A stretch of DNA of 64,000 nucleotides, from contig OZ336885.1 of NCBI GenBank assembly GCA_965287045.1, positions 22,072,001 to 22,136,000 on the forward strand, read 5' to 3'. The position numbers were made by a program, and so were the translations under genes. Origin of the DNA: Carcharhinus amblyrhynchos. Its lineage: Eukaryota. The notes beneath the pieces were generated by a model. It had not been told where the DNA came from, made no database searches, and worked only from the letters and a program-made list of their open reading frames with translations. Of the stretch, positions 12,715 to 26,029 are shown in pieces (the first letter of the stretch is position 1; each line of letters begins with the position of its first letter).

Positions 12715-13730
12715 TTACAACAACTCAAATTTATATAGAATCTTTATGATAAAATATCCCAAGGCACTTTACAAGAGCATTATGAGAAAATAAATTGAAC
12801 ACATATCAAGACAGATGATCTAAAACTTTGTCAAACGTACATTTTAAGGGGCTTTTTTACAAGATTGAAAGAAATGGAGAGATTTAGACAGGGGATTCTA
12901 AAGCTTAAAGCCAAGGTAGCTGAATGTATATCTACCAACATTGGGGCAATGGAAATTAGGGATACGCAACAAGTCATAATTAGAAAACTGCACAGATTTC
13001 AGGAGACTATAGGAGCTAACAAAGGTAGAAAGGGTCAAAGGGAAGGATTTGAACACAGGGTTGAGAATTTTTAATTCAAGGCCTTGCTAGACTGGGGAGT
13101 TAATGTGGGTCAGCAAACACACGGGTGACAAGTGAATTAATTTAAGGTATGGGCTGCAAATGTTTGGATGAACAGAAGCTTACAGATAGTAGTAGGTGGA
13201 CTTCTGACCAAAAGAGCATTGGAATAATTGAGTCTTATTGTAACAAGAGCATCAATGATGGCCTTTAGCAGCAAAGTCAGGCAATGTTACAAAGATGGAA
13301 TGAGGCAGTAATGGTGATGGTGTGATTCTCTCTTAGACAAGGCCAAACAGTGGCGGGAGATTGAAGTTTAGACAGGACACAGTGGCTTTAGCTTCCCGAT
13401 GTTTAATTAGAGGAAATTCCTACTCATCCAATACTAAATGTCAGGTAAACATTGTAAGAAATCAGAAGAGGTGAATAATGGTGGTGAGTTAAAGCTGCAT
13501 GTCTACTATGTGCATGTGGAATCCAATAAGTTTGTAGATTATCGTGATGAAGGATAGTATGCAAATGATAAACAAGAAATTGTCATTTGCAGATCCTCGG
13601 GGAACTTGAGCGATAATGGGCAAACGACATTACAGGCCATTCTTTTGGTAAGGCAGGACAGAATCTGCTGGCCAGTGGAGCAATGTTGAAGAATAGTGAA
13701 ATGGTCAATCACATCAAAGTCTGCAGTTAA
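12715..13730 (-). mobile_element. Degraded L2-like LINE 3' portion
   Basis: Starts with caacaac..atttatataga...aaaatatcccaaggcactttaca, a terminus shared with copies at 21745 and 47680. Confidence 0.55.
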
Positions 13731-14571
13731 GTGGAAAAGGAGAATTACAGTATTTGCAAAGGGATGGTTTTCTCCCTTCCCCACTCATTTATTTACTTGG
13801 CCAAAGACACTCTCATCTCACAACAGTTTGCCATTTTAATCTTAATACAGGTACATCAAAAAAAATGTTTATTTGGTGAGAAAACGCTACTTGAATTACA
13901 TGTTCCAAATTTTGCTCTGTTAAAGTACAAAGCTTTAACGGTCAATTTTCTAACCACCAGTCTATCAGGAATTTTATGCAGGTTTGGTGTAATGGGCTGC
14001 TTAGTACCCTTGGCCACAAATGAATGAATTCCTTTTGTTGATAGGTCAAATCAATTTAAAATTAGTTTGTTTCTGATGTGCATCTCAAGACAGGCAAAGG
14101 TTAGCTATTTTCAGAACTGATCTTCAACTTCTGTTTTCAATAAAGTTGCCCTTGTCTAATTGTGTCAATTCCCACTGTGACAGCCTCATGGCACAGTAGG
14201 AGCACCCCAACCAACAGACCAGAAGCTCCTGGTTCAAATCCCAATGCCAAGGCCATTGTAAGTACATTCAATCTGTTGCAGAGGGCTGATAATCAGCTTG
14301 GAAATCACTCCACCATTTCTACCAAAGTGTAAAAAACAGTATGGATGTGAAGGAGCACTAACAACAACAGTTCCCATGAGGAAATGGAAAAGACTAAAAT
14401 GATACAACAGCATCTCATGTGCAATGAATTACATTAACCTATGGGGTGGTTTAACATCATGGCTCTTTGCCTTCCTTCACATTTGCAATACAGAAGTGGG
14501 AATATTTTGTGAAAAGTTTTTTTATACGAAGATATAAATTCTGTCACACGTCCTATGCATGGTACCAGATA

Positions 14572-14842
14572 ATAAAGTTTATTTATTGTCACGATTGGGC
14601 TGACATCAACACTGCAATGAAGTTACTGCAACAATCCCCCAGTCTCCACACTCCAGCGCCTGTTTGGGTACAATGAGGGAGAATTTAGCATGGCCAACCC
14701 ACCTGCACATCTTTGGACTGTGGGAGGAAACCTACGCAGACACAGAAGATGCAGAATCCACATAGAGTGACCCAAGCCGGGAATTGAACCCAGTTCCCTG
14801 CTGTTGAGGCAACAGTGCTAATCCTTGTGCCACCTTACCACC
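14572..14842 (-). mobile_element. HE1-like V-SINE
   Basis: cacatctttggactgtgggaggaaacc core and gggaattgaaccc B-box on the antisense strand. Confidence 0.75.
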
Positions 14843-17800
14843 CTTTTACCACATCATGGTGGCATTATACGTACGTACATCAAGGATGTTTTAATTAATT
14901 TGCACAGTCATTCTAGATGCTTTGGAGTGTTGTCGAGAGCAGCTTTTTCAAAGCTGCAAACAAAATTTACTCATTTAAAACACTAACTCATGTTGCATTT
15001 AATCCAAATCCTACTCGCCCAATCACTTGTGCTCTTCAGGTTTCTTGTGCTCTAGTTAATTGATATCAAAATTCTTATCCTGGTTTGCAAGAGCTTCCAT
15101 GGCCTCTCTCCAAATTTGAGATTTGTTCCTGCCTTATATCCTGTGCACACACTGTTTCATGTAAACTAGCCATTCAGCTTCTGTCAATTTCATTAAGAAT
15201 CCTTTGCCCAGTTCTGTCTTGGCATCTCCTGGTCATTGACAAAATTATTCCCAAAACTTTAAGTTCCCTAATCTAGTCCCTCCACTTTTCCTTCTATTTC
15301 TCAATACCCTGTTCACGGTATTATTACAAAACCCAACATAAGACAAGACAGTTTGGCTCAGAGTTCACCCCTTTGGCATATCAATTGGCCTAATTATTTT
15401 CACTACTAGCTGCTGCAGAGCTACAAAGTGGAAATATGAAACACACATCAGTCTGCAAATAAGGAGAACTATATTATTGCGAGTTGCTATTTATATTTTT
15501 GGTGGCTCAACGCAGTGTGATCATTGCCAAGAAGTCTTTGTTTTGTAGTAGTAATACAAGTTCTTATGGTTATTGGAAGTCAGGGGAGTTACTAAAATGT
15601 ATTTGCTTATTGGACTGGAGTGACTGAAATCTTTGTGCCTATTGCCGGAAGGGAAATATTTAGTCCCAGGATGGATAGGTCACTGAAAGTGGTTTCTATG
15701 ATAGTCATTCCTAACTAGTCTAGTCAGAGCAGGGCATGCTCATCCAGAGACACACTCAATGGAACTCAAAATTGATGTCATGGCAGAAATTCAAGTCTGA
15801 GTGTCTCAAGCTGTGTCTGCCCAAGTAGTGATCTAGCCATTAATACTGTCTCTCAGGATAGTGTACAGTAACAGCTTCATGCTCTTACAGCACAGCTTTA
15901 AAACAGAACTGGAGTAGAATCTTACTGAGGCAGCAGTCCTTGGTTTAAAATTGCTGTATATGATAATATTAAACCAAGGTCTGCTAGGGGTAGGGAATGG
16001 ACAATTAATGCTCGAGAGAGACAAGCTTCACTGAATCAAAGAGTCTTTCTTCACCTCAAGATCTGCATTGGGATCTAGGCAAATCATAAAACTAGGGCTT
16101 TAGAGACAATTTTGGTGCCGGGAGCAATCAGATGAGAGGAGGTTTGGAAAGTTAATGAGAAAGAACAAGGCTTGATATGGGTAATAATATAGTGATATGG
16201 GTAATAATACCTAAAGTGTGACATGAAGAGAAAGAACTTGCATCAGCAAATCAAATAAGGAAAATTGTTAAGACAACAAAAATTAAAGGCTCTGATTACC
16301 TGCAGCATTTGTAACAAGATACACAAATAGATAACACAAATTGAAATAAATGGGCATGATGTGACACGGTTGCAGGTGACCAAGACTAGGAACTGAAATG
16401 AAAGGACGAGAAATGATTTTCACTGAAACGTTCAAAATGCAGAATCAGTTTGTGTGGAGATGAGAAATAACACAGGAAAGGAGCCACTGAATTAAGTCAT
16501 TTACAGCTCTCCCCGCACCCCACTGTCAAACAGTAGCTACACTGTAGGATGAATATACAGTCAGGAAGGAACTGTGAAAAACATGAACAGTTTTATTCTC
16601 GTAGAAATTGGACAGGTCAAATTAGCAAAAATAGTTTGGAGGATGAGGTCAAAGGGACAAATTCTCAGAACAGTACATTCTGGAACCATACATATCTTAT
16701 ACTTGGTAATACACAATGGGATATAATTAATAATTTTATAAAGAAAAGGATCCTCCCATCAAGAGTGGTCAAAACATGGTAAAATTTCATATTCAGTTCA
16801 GGGGTGAGTAACTTGAGTCTCATAGTAACATCTTAAATTTAAATAAAAGGTAATTAAAAAAGGTTGAAAACAAAACTGACTGAAGTGCACTGGGAAAGTA
16901 GATTGCGGGGTAAGCAGGTCGAGCAATGGCACACATTTAAAGGAGGCGTTTCAAAATTTTCAAAAGATATATTCCATTGAAAAAGTCTGGGAAGGATGCA
17001 TCATTCATGGCCAATATTGAAGAAGGTATCAAATGGAAAGAAAAACTGTTCAATTCTGCAATCATCATTGGCAAGTGAGAAGGTTGATTTCTAACAGCTT
17101 CCCAAAAGGATGACTAAAGAAAAAAATTAGAATAAGAGTAAACTAGCAAGAACTAGCATTTCTACAAATATATAAAAGGGTAGAGCGTAGCTAAAGTAAT
17201 TGGTCCCTTAGTGAACGAGACTGAAGTATTAATAATGGGGAAACAAGAAAATAGCAGAGGCTTTGAACAAATATTTTGCATTTCACTTCACAAAAGACAA
17301 AAACACTCCAATAGTGGTGAATCAAGAGGCAAAGAGGGAAGAACTTATAATAATCACTAGACAGAAAATACAAGGAGAATGAATGGGACTAACTGCTGAA
17401 AAATTCCTTGGATCTGATGATTTGCATCTAGTGTCTTAACTAAGTGACTGCAAAAATAATGGACACATTGGCTGTAACTTTCTAAATTCTGGTAAGATCC
17501 CAGTCAATTGGAAAACTGCAAATCTAATACCTCTATTCGAGAAAGGAAGGAAACAACAAAAAAAAAGCAGAATATGGTAGTCCAGTCAGCATAAGATCTG
17601 ACATTGGGAAAATACTTGAATCTATTATTAAGGTGGTAACAGCAGAGAATTTTGAAAATCCATAACACAATAAAGCAGAGTCAACATGGTTTTATGAAAG
17701 GTAAATAATGTTTGACAAATTTATTAGAGGGGAACCAATAGATGTAGTGCATTTGGATTTCCAAAGACATTCAATTTAGTGCCACATAAAAAGACCACAC

Positions 17801-17992
17801 AACATAGCAGCTCATGGCGGTGCTATGTTAGCACGGCTAGAAGATTAGTTAACTAACAGGAAACAAAGTTGGAATAAATGGGACATTTCCAATTTGGCAA
17901 ACTATTACCAGTGGGGTGCCATTTATTAATAACTTGGATGAAGGGACCAAGTGCATCGTAGCCAGATTTACTGACGATACAAAGTTAGGTAG

Positions 17993-18666
17993 TGTTGTAG
18001 GTAAAATAATACCTCAGACTGTTAATGAGTCAAAATACAGTGGTTTTTATTTCAAAGCTCTGGTGTTCATTCAAGAGCTTTGGGAGAAGCAGAGACTATC
18101 AAACTTCTCATAGAACACAAACACAAGTGGGCATTTATACATCATGAGTCTCAGTGTCAATCACGACACAAGTTTCCCATTCCAGCCAGAACTTCAGGTC
18201 TTCCTTCCTTGGTCATGATACTGCCCCAGATTTAATCACAATTCACAGTCCAGCTGGCAGCTGCAGTCATGACAGAGGTTTAATCCGGTCACAATTCAAA
18301 ACCCTTCTGCAGCAGTACCGACATCCCTGTCTTTGAAGTTACTTGTGTCATCACGGCTGTCCCAGCAGGGCTCTTCCTGTTAAAAAGCCAGTATCGCAAT
18401 CTGTCATCTGTGTAACAATGTCCAACTAACACAAATAAGCAAGATTTGCCAACTCTACAAAATAAGTCACATTAAACTCTGTCTTTATACAAATGAGAGT
18501 TAAAGCATGTAAGACATAAACAAATAAGTTATATTAATGCCAGGAGCAGTATAAGCTAAAGGAGATCAGTCATGATGAAGGGTTATATTTGTGACATATT
18601 CTAGGTACAAAATCCATTAACCCTTTCCCTTCAGGTACAAAATGCATTCACCTTTTCCCTACTTCA
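17993..18666 (-). mobile_element. Solo LTR (674 bp) with TG...CA ends and 5-bp TSD GGTAG
   Basis: GGTAG at 17988-17992 and 18667-18671. Termini are TGTTGTAGG and CCTACTTCA. The minus strand has TATAAA near 18139 and AATAAA at 18051-18046. Confidence 0.75.
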
Positions 18667-19046
18667 GGTAGGAAAGCACATCAAGAGGACAAAAGTGAAT
18701 TGGTAACATTTAGGTAGATAGGGTATACCATGGGAAGTAATGAAGTTGTCGACTTTGGCAGGAAGAATAGAAAACCAACTAAATGGAGAAAGGCTGCAGA
18801 ATGCTACAGAAGGATCTGGGTACTTTTGTACACGAAGCTTTACATGCAGTTACAGCAATTGGAAAGGCAAAGAAATGTTACTATAACTATACTGGGCATT
18901 GGCAAGTCACACTTACAGTATTGAGTTTTGGTCACCTTACATGAGGAACATCCTTACATTGCTGGCTATTCAGAGAAGGTTCACTTGGATTCCTGAGATG
19001 GAGGGACTGTCTTATGAGACATTGGTGAGCTTGATCAAAATATAAT

Positions 19047-19290
19047 GAGTTTCCTCTGGATGCTCAGGTTTCCTCCCACAGTCCAAAGATTTGCAGGTTG
19101 GGTGGATTGGCCATGCTAAATTCCCCTTAGTGTCCAAAGATATGTGGGTTAATGGATTAGCCATGGTAAATGCACAGGCTTACAGGGATAGTGTGGGGTT
19201 TGGGCTTGGATAAGATGCTCTTTTGCAGAGTTGATGCTCAATGGGCTGAATGGCCTCCTTCTGCACTGTAGGGATTCTATGGTTCTATAA
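19047..19290 (+). mobile_element. 5'-truncated HE1-like V-SINE nested in CR1
   Basis: ggtttcctcccacagtccaaagatttgcaggttgggtggattggccatgctaaatt core; tail gggattctatggttctat. Confidence 0.75.
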
Positions 19291-19529
19291 AAAAAGATTG
19301 AGGAGTTAGACAGGTTAGCTGCCAGGAGGACTGAGGACTGCCAGGGGGGCAGTTTCAAAATAAGCAGTTTCCCATTTAAGATGGAGGTGAGGGAGAATTT
19401 GTCCCCTCAAAAACTAGTCAGAGTTTGGAATTCTCATTCCCAGAAAGCAGTGGAGGCTGTGTCATTAAATATATTCAAGATTGAATTAGACATATTGCTG
19501 GTCTACAAGGGAGTCAAAGCTTATGGAAG

Positions 19530-19765
19530 AACATAGAAATCCTGCAGTGCAGAAGGTGGCCATTTGGTCCATCCATTCTTCATCAATGACAGAGCACCCT
19601 ACACCCAAGCTCTATCCCCATAAACCCACGTATGTACCCCACTATTCCACTTAATCCATGCATCCTGGGGCACTAAGAGACAATTTAGCATAGCCAATCC
19701 ACCTAATCTGCACATCTTTGGACTGTGGGATGAAACCAGAGCACCCAGAAGAAACCCAGGCAGAT
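19530..19765 (-). mobile_element. HE1-like V-SINE nested in CR1, opposite orientation
   Basis: caatttagcatagccaatccacctaatctgcacatctttggactgtggga core. Confidence 0.75.
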
Positions 19766-20063
19766 GGACAGGAATGGGTAGTTAAAGCCACAATCAAATT
19801 AATCATCATCGTAATGCATGGTGCAGCAGGCTGAGATAGATAGTCCGCTCTTGTTCAGAATTCTTATGTTCTTACATTTTAAAACAACCTCCCTACAATG
19901 GGAATAGCAAATCACGCAATCCAGCGGCATTGGAAACATCACTCAATGGGATTCCTTTAGAAAATTACTAAACAACATTTTAAAGTCTTTATTACAGGAT
20001 ACAATACAGTTTATGTATTGAATTGAGTACTGATTAGAGTAATGCCTTTTGCTTGTTACCAGC

Positions 20064-21606
20064 AGTGAGATTATGCTTTTAAGAAATGTATTCATGCCAT
20101 GTTTCTTGTGCCGGTTTTTTTTTTAAAAGGAGTCAGTTCTATATACTGGTGCTGCTTTGTCCATAACCAACAGCCTATGTTGATTCTGCAGAAACATAAT
20201 TGATCCAAATTGCTGGAATGTTTGTTTTAATCTGGGCTAACACTGTTGTTACTTTAGTGTTTTCCCCTGGTGTTTTTCAGAGTGGGACTTGATTAGGTTG
20301 ATAGATAAGAAAAATCATGCGATTGGGTGGGACTAGGCTTATAGATTGTTATGGTTCAGGTCAGAAACTCCAGTGTTTTACAGAGCCCACCTGGATCATA
20401 AGTTTTGCATCTTGAATTTGCCTAGGATAAATGTGTAGACTTCACTTCAGATACAACTCAAATGACACACTAGGGAGCTTTTATCAAAGTTCATTTAAGA
20501 ACATAGTCAACAAGTATAGTAAGAAAATTAGGAAGAACTTCTATCAATTACAAACAAGAAACAAAACCACCACTATAATGTACAACCCTTAACAAATGTA
20601 TAACAATCAAACCAAAGCCCTTGTTATAGACAAAGGTTCAATACAGCAAAGTCTATTGCTCAAGTGATAATGGAAATTTAATCTTTTGAAGTCTACAGTT
20701 CTCTGAATTTGCTCCAGTTTGAAGACAAAGTAGCTTCCCAAAACCAGAGAGACTCTGACCCAGTTCCCAACCACAACAGATTTTCATCCTTCAGGAAAAC
20801 ACAAGATTTTGTTTTCAACTAACCAACAGAATTTCCAAGACAACAGGGAGAACACTCCTTTTTAGCTTATTGTCCCTTCTAAAACTAAGATGCAAACCTG
20901 CAGCTCCAAACTGAAAATGGAAAAAAAATCTGTTCAAAAACACATTACCTTTTCTCCTAAAATGCAGGATTGTAAAACTAATCCCAGAGTACACACAAAC
21001 AACCCAATTTAAACAGTAATAAAAGGAAAGTTCCAGTCAAGCCAGCAACAATGACATCACTGAAGCTGTGAGCTGCAGAAATCAAGTTTTTAAACAAAAC
21101 TCTCTTAAAGATACATTATCACAAGAGAAACAAGGACAGGCCATGCTTGGAATTGTTAAAGAGAAGCAGCTCTGTTTCTCTGGATTTGGAGACTGGGACC
21201 TACCAGGATAGAAGTCTCTCTGACGTTCTGTTGTTTGGAGAAAGATCTTTCTCTGGAGGCTGCTGTTTGGGAGTCAGGAACAGGCGTCTGTATCTCTCCA
21301 GAGGGTTAAAAGTCTAGAAATCTAGCATCCAGCTACATTTTTGTGCTGATTCTGAAGAGGGATTTTTGATTGGAGCAATAAAGAAAGTTAACTTTTATGA
21401 TTATACCCTGCCATGTTTAAGTGCTGGTAAAAGTTATATTTTAACTGTGTTGTTAAATGAAGTTTGTTTTAATATAAGCTCCCTAGCAGTTCACTAGAAT
21501 CTGGAACGATTGCTTCATGCTCACACTAATACCAAAATTTAAAAACAGTTGGAGTCAAGGTTAACTTTATAATATACCTTGGGAGTTTTTGATCTGGTCT
21601 CTAATG
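20064..21606 (+). mobile_element. Older LTR-like element split by a nested solo LTR
   Basis: The 3' part (ctaataccaaaa...atataccttggga..gatctggtctctaa) resembles 59240-59335. Boundaries are approximate. Confidence 0.45.
20347..21123 (-). mobile_element. Solo LTR-like element (777 bp), TG...CA termini, imperfect 4-bp TSD AGAT/AGAG
   Basis: Starts TGTTATGG and ends TTATCACA, with an abrupt switch in strand composition at both ends. Confidence 0.55.
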
Positions 21607-21744
21607 CTAGGTTTGGGGAATAAGTCATTGAGGAAATTGAGTGGCTGAGGATTTGGTAATGGTGGATTTTTATAATGCGACTCCAGAAACAAGAAAAAGG
21701 CAACCAATACAAATAAATTCATACAGCCCAAATTAGTCCTAAAT

Positions 21745-22385
21745 ACAACAACTTGTATTTATATAGTGCCTTTAACATTTTATATCCCAAAGCACTTCCT
21801 AGTGGCATTATAAAACAAAATATAACCATGAACCACACAGATATCAGGGCAGATGATCAAAAGCTTGGTCAAAAAGGTGGGTTTTAAGTAGTCTTGTAAA
21901 TGAGGAAAGCATGGTAAAGAAATGGAGAAGTGTTGGGAGGGAATTTTGGAGCTTAGGGCCTAGGCAACCAAAGGCACAGCCACTAACGATGGTGGAACTA
22001 TAATTGGGAATGTATGAAAGACCAGAATCGGAAGGCTACTAAGTCCTTCAAAGGCATGTGTTTGAAGGAAGTGAAAAAGAGCAACATTCAAGGCTCGAGG
22101 GATTTAAACATGAATGAATTTTAACTTGGGAGATGTTTGGGAGGCAGGTGTCATCGTAAGGTCAGTGAACAAGACTTTGATGGTGAATAGGACCCAGTAC
22201 AGGTTCGACTATGAAAATAATTTATTTTGGTGAAGGACTTGAGATTATCCACGGTTGAGGGCTGATGAGATTAGAATAGTCAAGTCTAGCTGTGAATGAA
22301 TGAGGTTCTCCACAGCAGATGGGTGGAGGCAGGGCAGAGTGGGTGATGTTATAAATGTGGGCAATCTTTTGATGGAGCGTAGAAC
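21745..22385 (-). mobile_element. Degraded L2-like LINE 3' portion
   Basis: caacaacttgtatttatatagtgcctttaaca terminus; similar to the 12715 and 47680 copies. Confidence 0.55.
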
Positions 22386-24866
22386 TTTCAATTATCAAAT
22401 AAATAATTACTATTTAACCATATAGTATCTAAAGATTGGAACCGGAAGATTAAACAAACAAGCAAAATAAATAGCACGGTACATACCATTATAAAAAAGA
22501 ACAATTATAAACCAAATTAATGGAGGCTTAATTAATGAACAGTGAAGGAGGAATGGTTTCATCATGGTGAAGTGTAATGAGGATGGATGCTAAAAAAAGT
22601 AATCAAGGTAATCAGCATATTATGCAAATTGATAATAACGTTTAGGATCCAATTATTTTTCACCAGACCCAGAGAACAGACATTTTTCACATGCTGCATG
22701 TTGCCAGTCACTTCAGTAAGTTACATTCTCCCCCCCCTTATCCGCCATGAATCTCAAAATAACACGTCATATCCTTAGCAGAAGTTGAGCCAAACCTCCT
22801 CCATTTTAGAAGCCAAGCGCATACTGCAGCATAACCAAATATTAAACGAGGGAAAAAAAACAATGCAGGAAAGTTGATGGTCTTAAATGTTATAAATTTG
22901 CATAATATGCTGATTATCTTGATTAACTTTTTTGTTAATAAGCATCTCAGTAATGGAGGCTTTCTGTAGACTAGGTACTGATAACAAGACTGAATTTTTC
23001 AAAAGTAAAAATAAACTTTGATTTCAACAAGTACTTCACTGCAGGATTTTGTTTAGGAGAAAATTATTAAAAACTCAGGAGTAGCTCCCATGTGTTTTGA
23101 GATTGGATTTTAGTGTCTCCAACCATTAACCATGTGAATTTCTGGATTTAGTAAATGATAAGTAATGTCGGCATAAATAGGGTATCTAGGTATATTTGCA
23201 TGTCCACAAACACCTTTTCTCATCCTAGACTACTTGGGAACTATTCATGTAAACTTACAATCAGTCGTGCAAGAGATGGCACTGCAATGTCAATTTCTCT
23301 TGACTTTGGCCAGTACTGCAGGCACATCATCTATTCTAACTGCTGCCCATAAGTTTTGTTATTTAACAACGATGTAAAATCCAAGCACTATTTAAAACTG
23401 ACAGAATGTCTGACTTTAAAATAAAAGAGCTGAATTATATTTACATCATAATCAAATGAGTTATCCTTTAACCTAACTTCACTTAAGCCTACAAATTATC
23501 CTAAACTCCCAGAGGTTGAATTGTATATATGAAATATACACGCACTCCACGCGTCACATCTATGCAAAAAAAATGTTCAATTATAATTTCACTTCAATTT
23601 TTCCATTTAATGTACTGATTACAGCAACTAAAGGGTTAAAGTTGACGTTCTCCACCAGTATCATAGTACGTTGTTTCACATTCAATCATGGATAGAATTT
23701 TTGGAACTTAACTTCTCATTTTTGGAAGAAACCTAATGGTATATACCAATTTCAAGGACAATTGCAGGTGGGTGACACATTGAAAATAACATTTAGGCTG
23801 ACAATCAACCACTTGAGTTCCAGCGAACAGTTAACTTAGTGTACTTGTTTTCTATCCAATTTTAGTATTTCTGCACGATGACAGCTTTCCAAGAGGCGTG
23901 TCCAAGATTAGGAATGCATCACATGATAAAAAGTTAAGTCAATTCTACTGGTACAATGTTGTAGAATATATGATAGCAATTACATGTCTATCCATCCACA
24001 TGAAGGGCTGCATGAGTAATTCCCAGCCAGAGCTCGATCAATGGCAAAATGGATTGCACAAGATATCCATTCTTTGCTGATTCATACAATTTAAGTACGT
24101 ATGCTCATCCGAGTTCCGAACCACAAAGTAATTAGAACCAAGCCAATTTGTCCTTCAAAGGATTAGCCTTTCACTGGCTCAATGATAAAGTGCACCAGGG
24201 AGTCCTAGACCAGCTTTGTTTTGTGCTATACTTCTTCCTTCAATATAAGCATCAAGTGTTATTCAATGACAATATTGTTCAGCACCATGTAAATGCTGAT
24301 CCAGAGTCATCTTTTGGAATAGGTGACATTCAGGTAGTAAGTGTGCAGCATTAATGTATTCCCATAATGACATGCTCTTAATACAAACCAGTGTTACACA
24401 TCTGACTTGCCACAAGGAAAACAGTGAAGTTCAATCCTAAAGGGTAGTGATGTGACCTTTGCAGTTTCAAACATTGGTCTCCTTCTGTTTCCTGCATGGA
24501 AAAATAAGCAGTATGAACAGCAGGCACCTTTCAACCTCAGAGAATCATTCAAGTATTTCTTGAATAAACAATGGTGGCTACAGATTTTTGCAGCCGAGCT
24601 GTCAGGTTTTGACTAAATTAATGTGAAATAACTTGAACTTTGCTATAAAGTTCAACTTGACAAAATTGTGCGCAAACTTGGTTACAGTTCAGCAGAAGAA
24701 AACTGCACTACTAATTGGGACTTGTGCAGTGAGAGAAACAAAATGCATAAAATGGAGTTTTATGAACAAAATTTGTGAATTTAACTTGCTACAGTTTCAG
24801 AATGATACAATTCTGAGTTGCTAAATAATCATTTAGCATTTAGTGCTATTAATCCTTGCATAGTTT

Positions 24867-24908
24867 TAAACATTAGTGTCTTTGTAAACATTAGTGTCTT
24901 TGTAAACA
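24867..24908. repeat. 18-bp tandem duplication (TAAACATTAGTGTCTTTG x2.3)
   Basis: Exact repeat read directly from the sequence. Confidence 0.85.
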
Positions 24909-25139
24909 ATGGTCTCCAAGGTTGGTGGAAGGAGCAGGAGTGCTGTTCCAAAGGCTTGTTTGTTACCCAATCATTGGGAGGTGCTCATATTCAACCAATT
25001 CAGTAAAGACCATAGGATTATACACACATTTTACACTATAATCAATTGGATCAGTTGAGACTAAATACAGCAAAATTTTTAAGTGTTTATTTTCTAAACC
25101 ATCATAACATGATTTGCGAAACGGTACCAAGAACATTGT

Positions 25140-25395
25140 TTCATCTGTGTCACCGTCTGCATGGAGTTTGCACATTCTCTGTGGCTGCACGGGTTTCCCC
25201 TAGATGCTCCAGTTTCCTCCCACAGTCCAATATTAGGTTAGGTTGATTGGCCATGCTAAATTAACCCTTAGTGTCAGGGAGATTAGCAGGGTAATTGTGT
25301 GGGGTTACAGGATTAGGGTCTGTGTGGGATTCTGGTTGGCAAAGACTAAATGGGCCAAAAGGCCTTCTTCTGTACTGTAGGGATTCTATTCTATG
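25140..25395 (+). mobile_element. HE1-like V-SINE
   Basis: ggagtttgcacattctc...tgctccagtttcctcccacagtccaa...gggattctattctat. Confidence 0.75.
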
Positions 25396-26029
25396 ACAGA
25401 AGCTGTACACCATTCAGGATAGAACAGCCCATTTGATCAATACCTCATCCACCACCTTAAATGTTTACTCCTTCCACCAATGCACAGGGGCAACGATGTG
25501 CATCATTGACAAAATGCATTGCAGCAACTAGCCAAAGCTCCTTTGAGTTTCCTCCAAATCTGTGACCGCTACCATCTAAAAAGACAAAAATAGCAGGTGC
25601 GTGGAACACCACCAAGCCTTTTTAAGTCACCCACTATTTAGACTTAGAAATCTAATTGCTGATCCTTAACAATTTTTGGTTCAAAATCATGGAGCTACTT
25701 TTGGAACAACACTGCTTCCTTCAGGGAATGGAGAGGAACCCTGAAGGAGAAAACAGCTAACTCAGGAGTGGATAAATAGAAGGCAAGACTTGGGATCCTA
25801 ATTTCCCTTGCCTTCAGGGAGTGGAGAGGAACGCAGACTTCCTTGGGAGCAGCTAAAATTTAAAGCCTTCAGGAGCTGTTTTTGAAAAAATGTCATCACA
25901 GGAAAACCACAAGTTGATGGCTGCGTAACAGCAATATTAGAAAATCGTTTTAAAAAAAGAGATAATCCTTATAGTTTGAGACACAAGCAGAAGCGGGAGG
26001 AGGAGGAACTGGAATTGAAAGCTATTTGA

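Larger units (their letters stand above)
16260..19875 (+). mobile_element. Long degraded CR1 LINE (endonuclease to 3' tail), interrupted by a solo LTR and two SINEs
   Basis: RT remnant FINNLDEGTKCIVARFTDDTKLG at 17916-17992; tail ttcttatgttcttac at about 19865. Confidence 0.75.

Noticed and set aside
16172-16209. 20-bp tandem duplication TGATATGGGTAATAATA
   Set aside because: An ordinary slippage duplication at the edge of a decayed CR1, with no functional indication.
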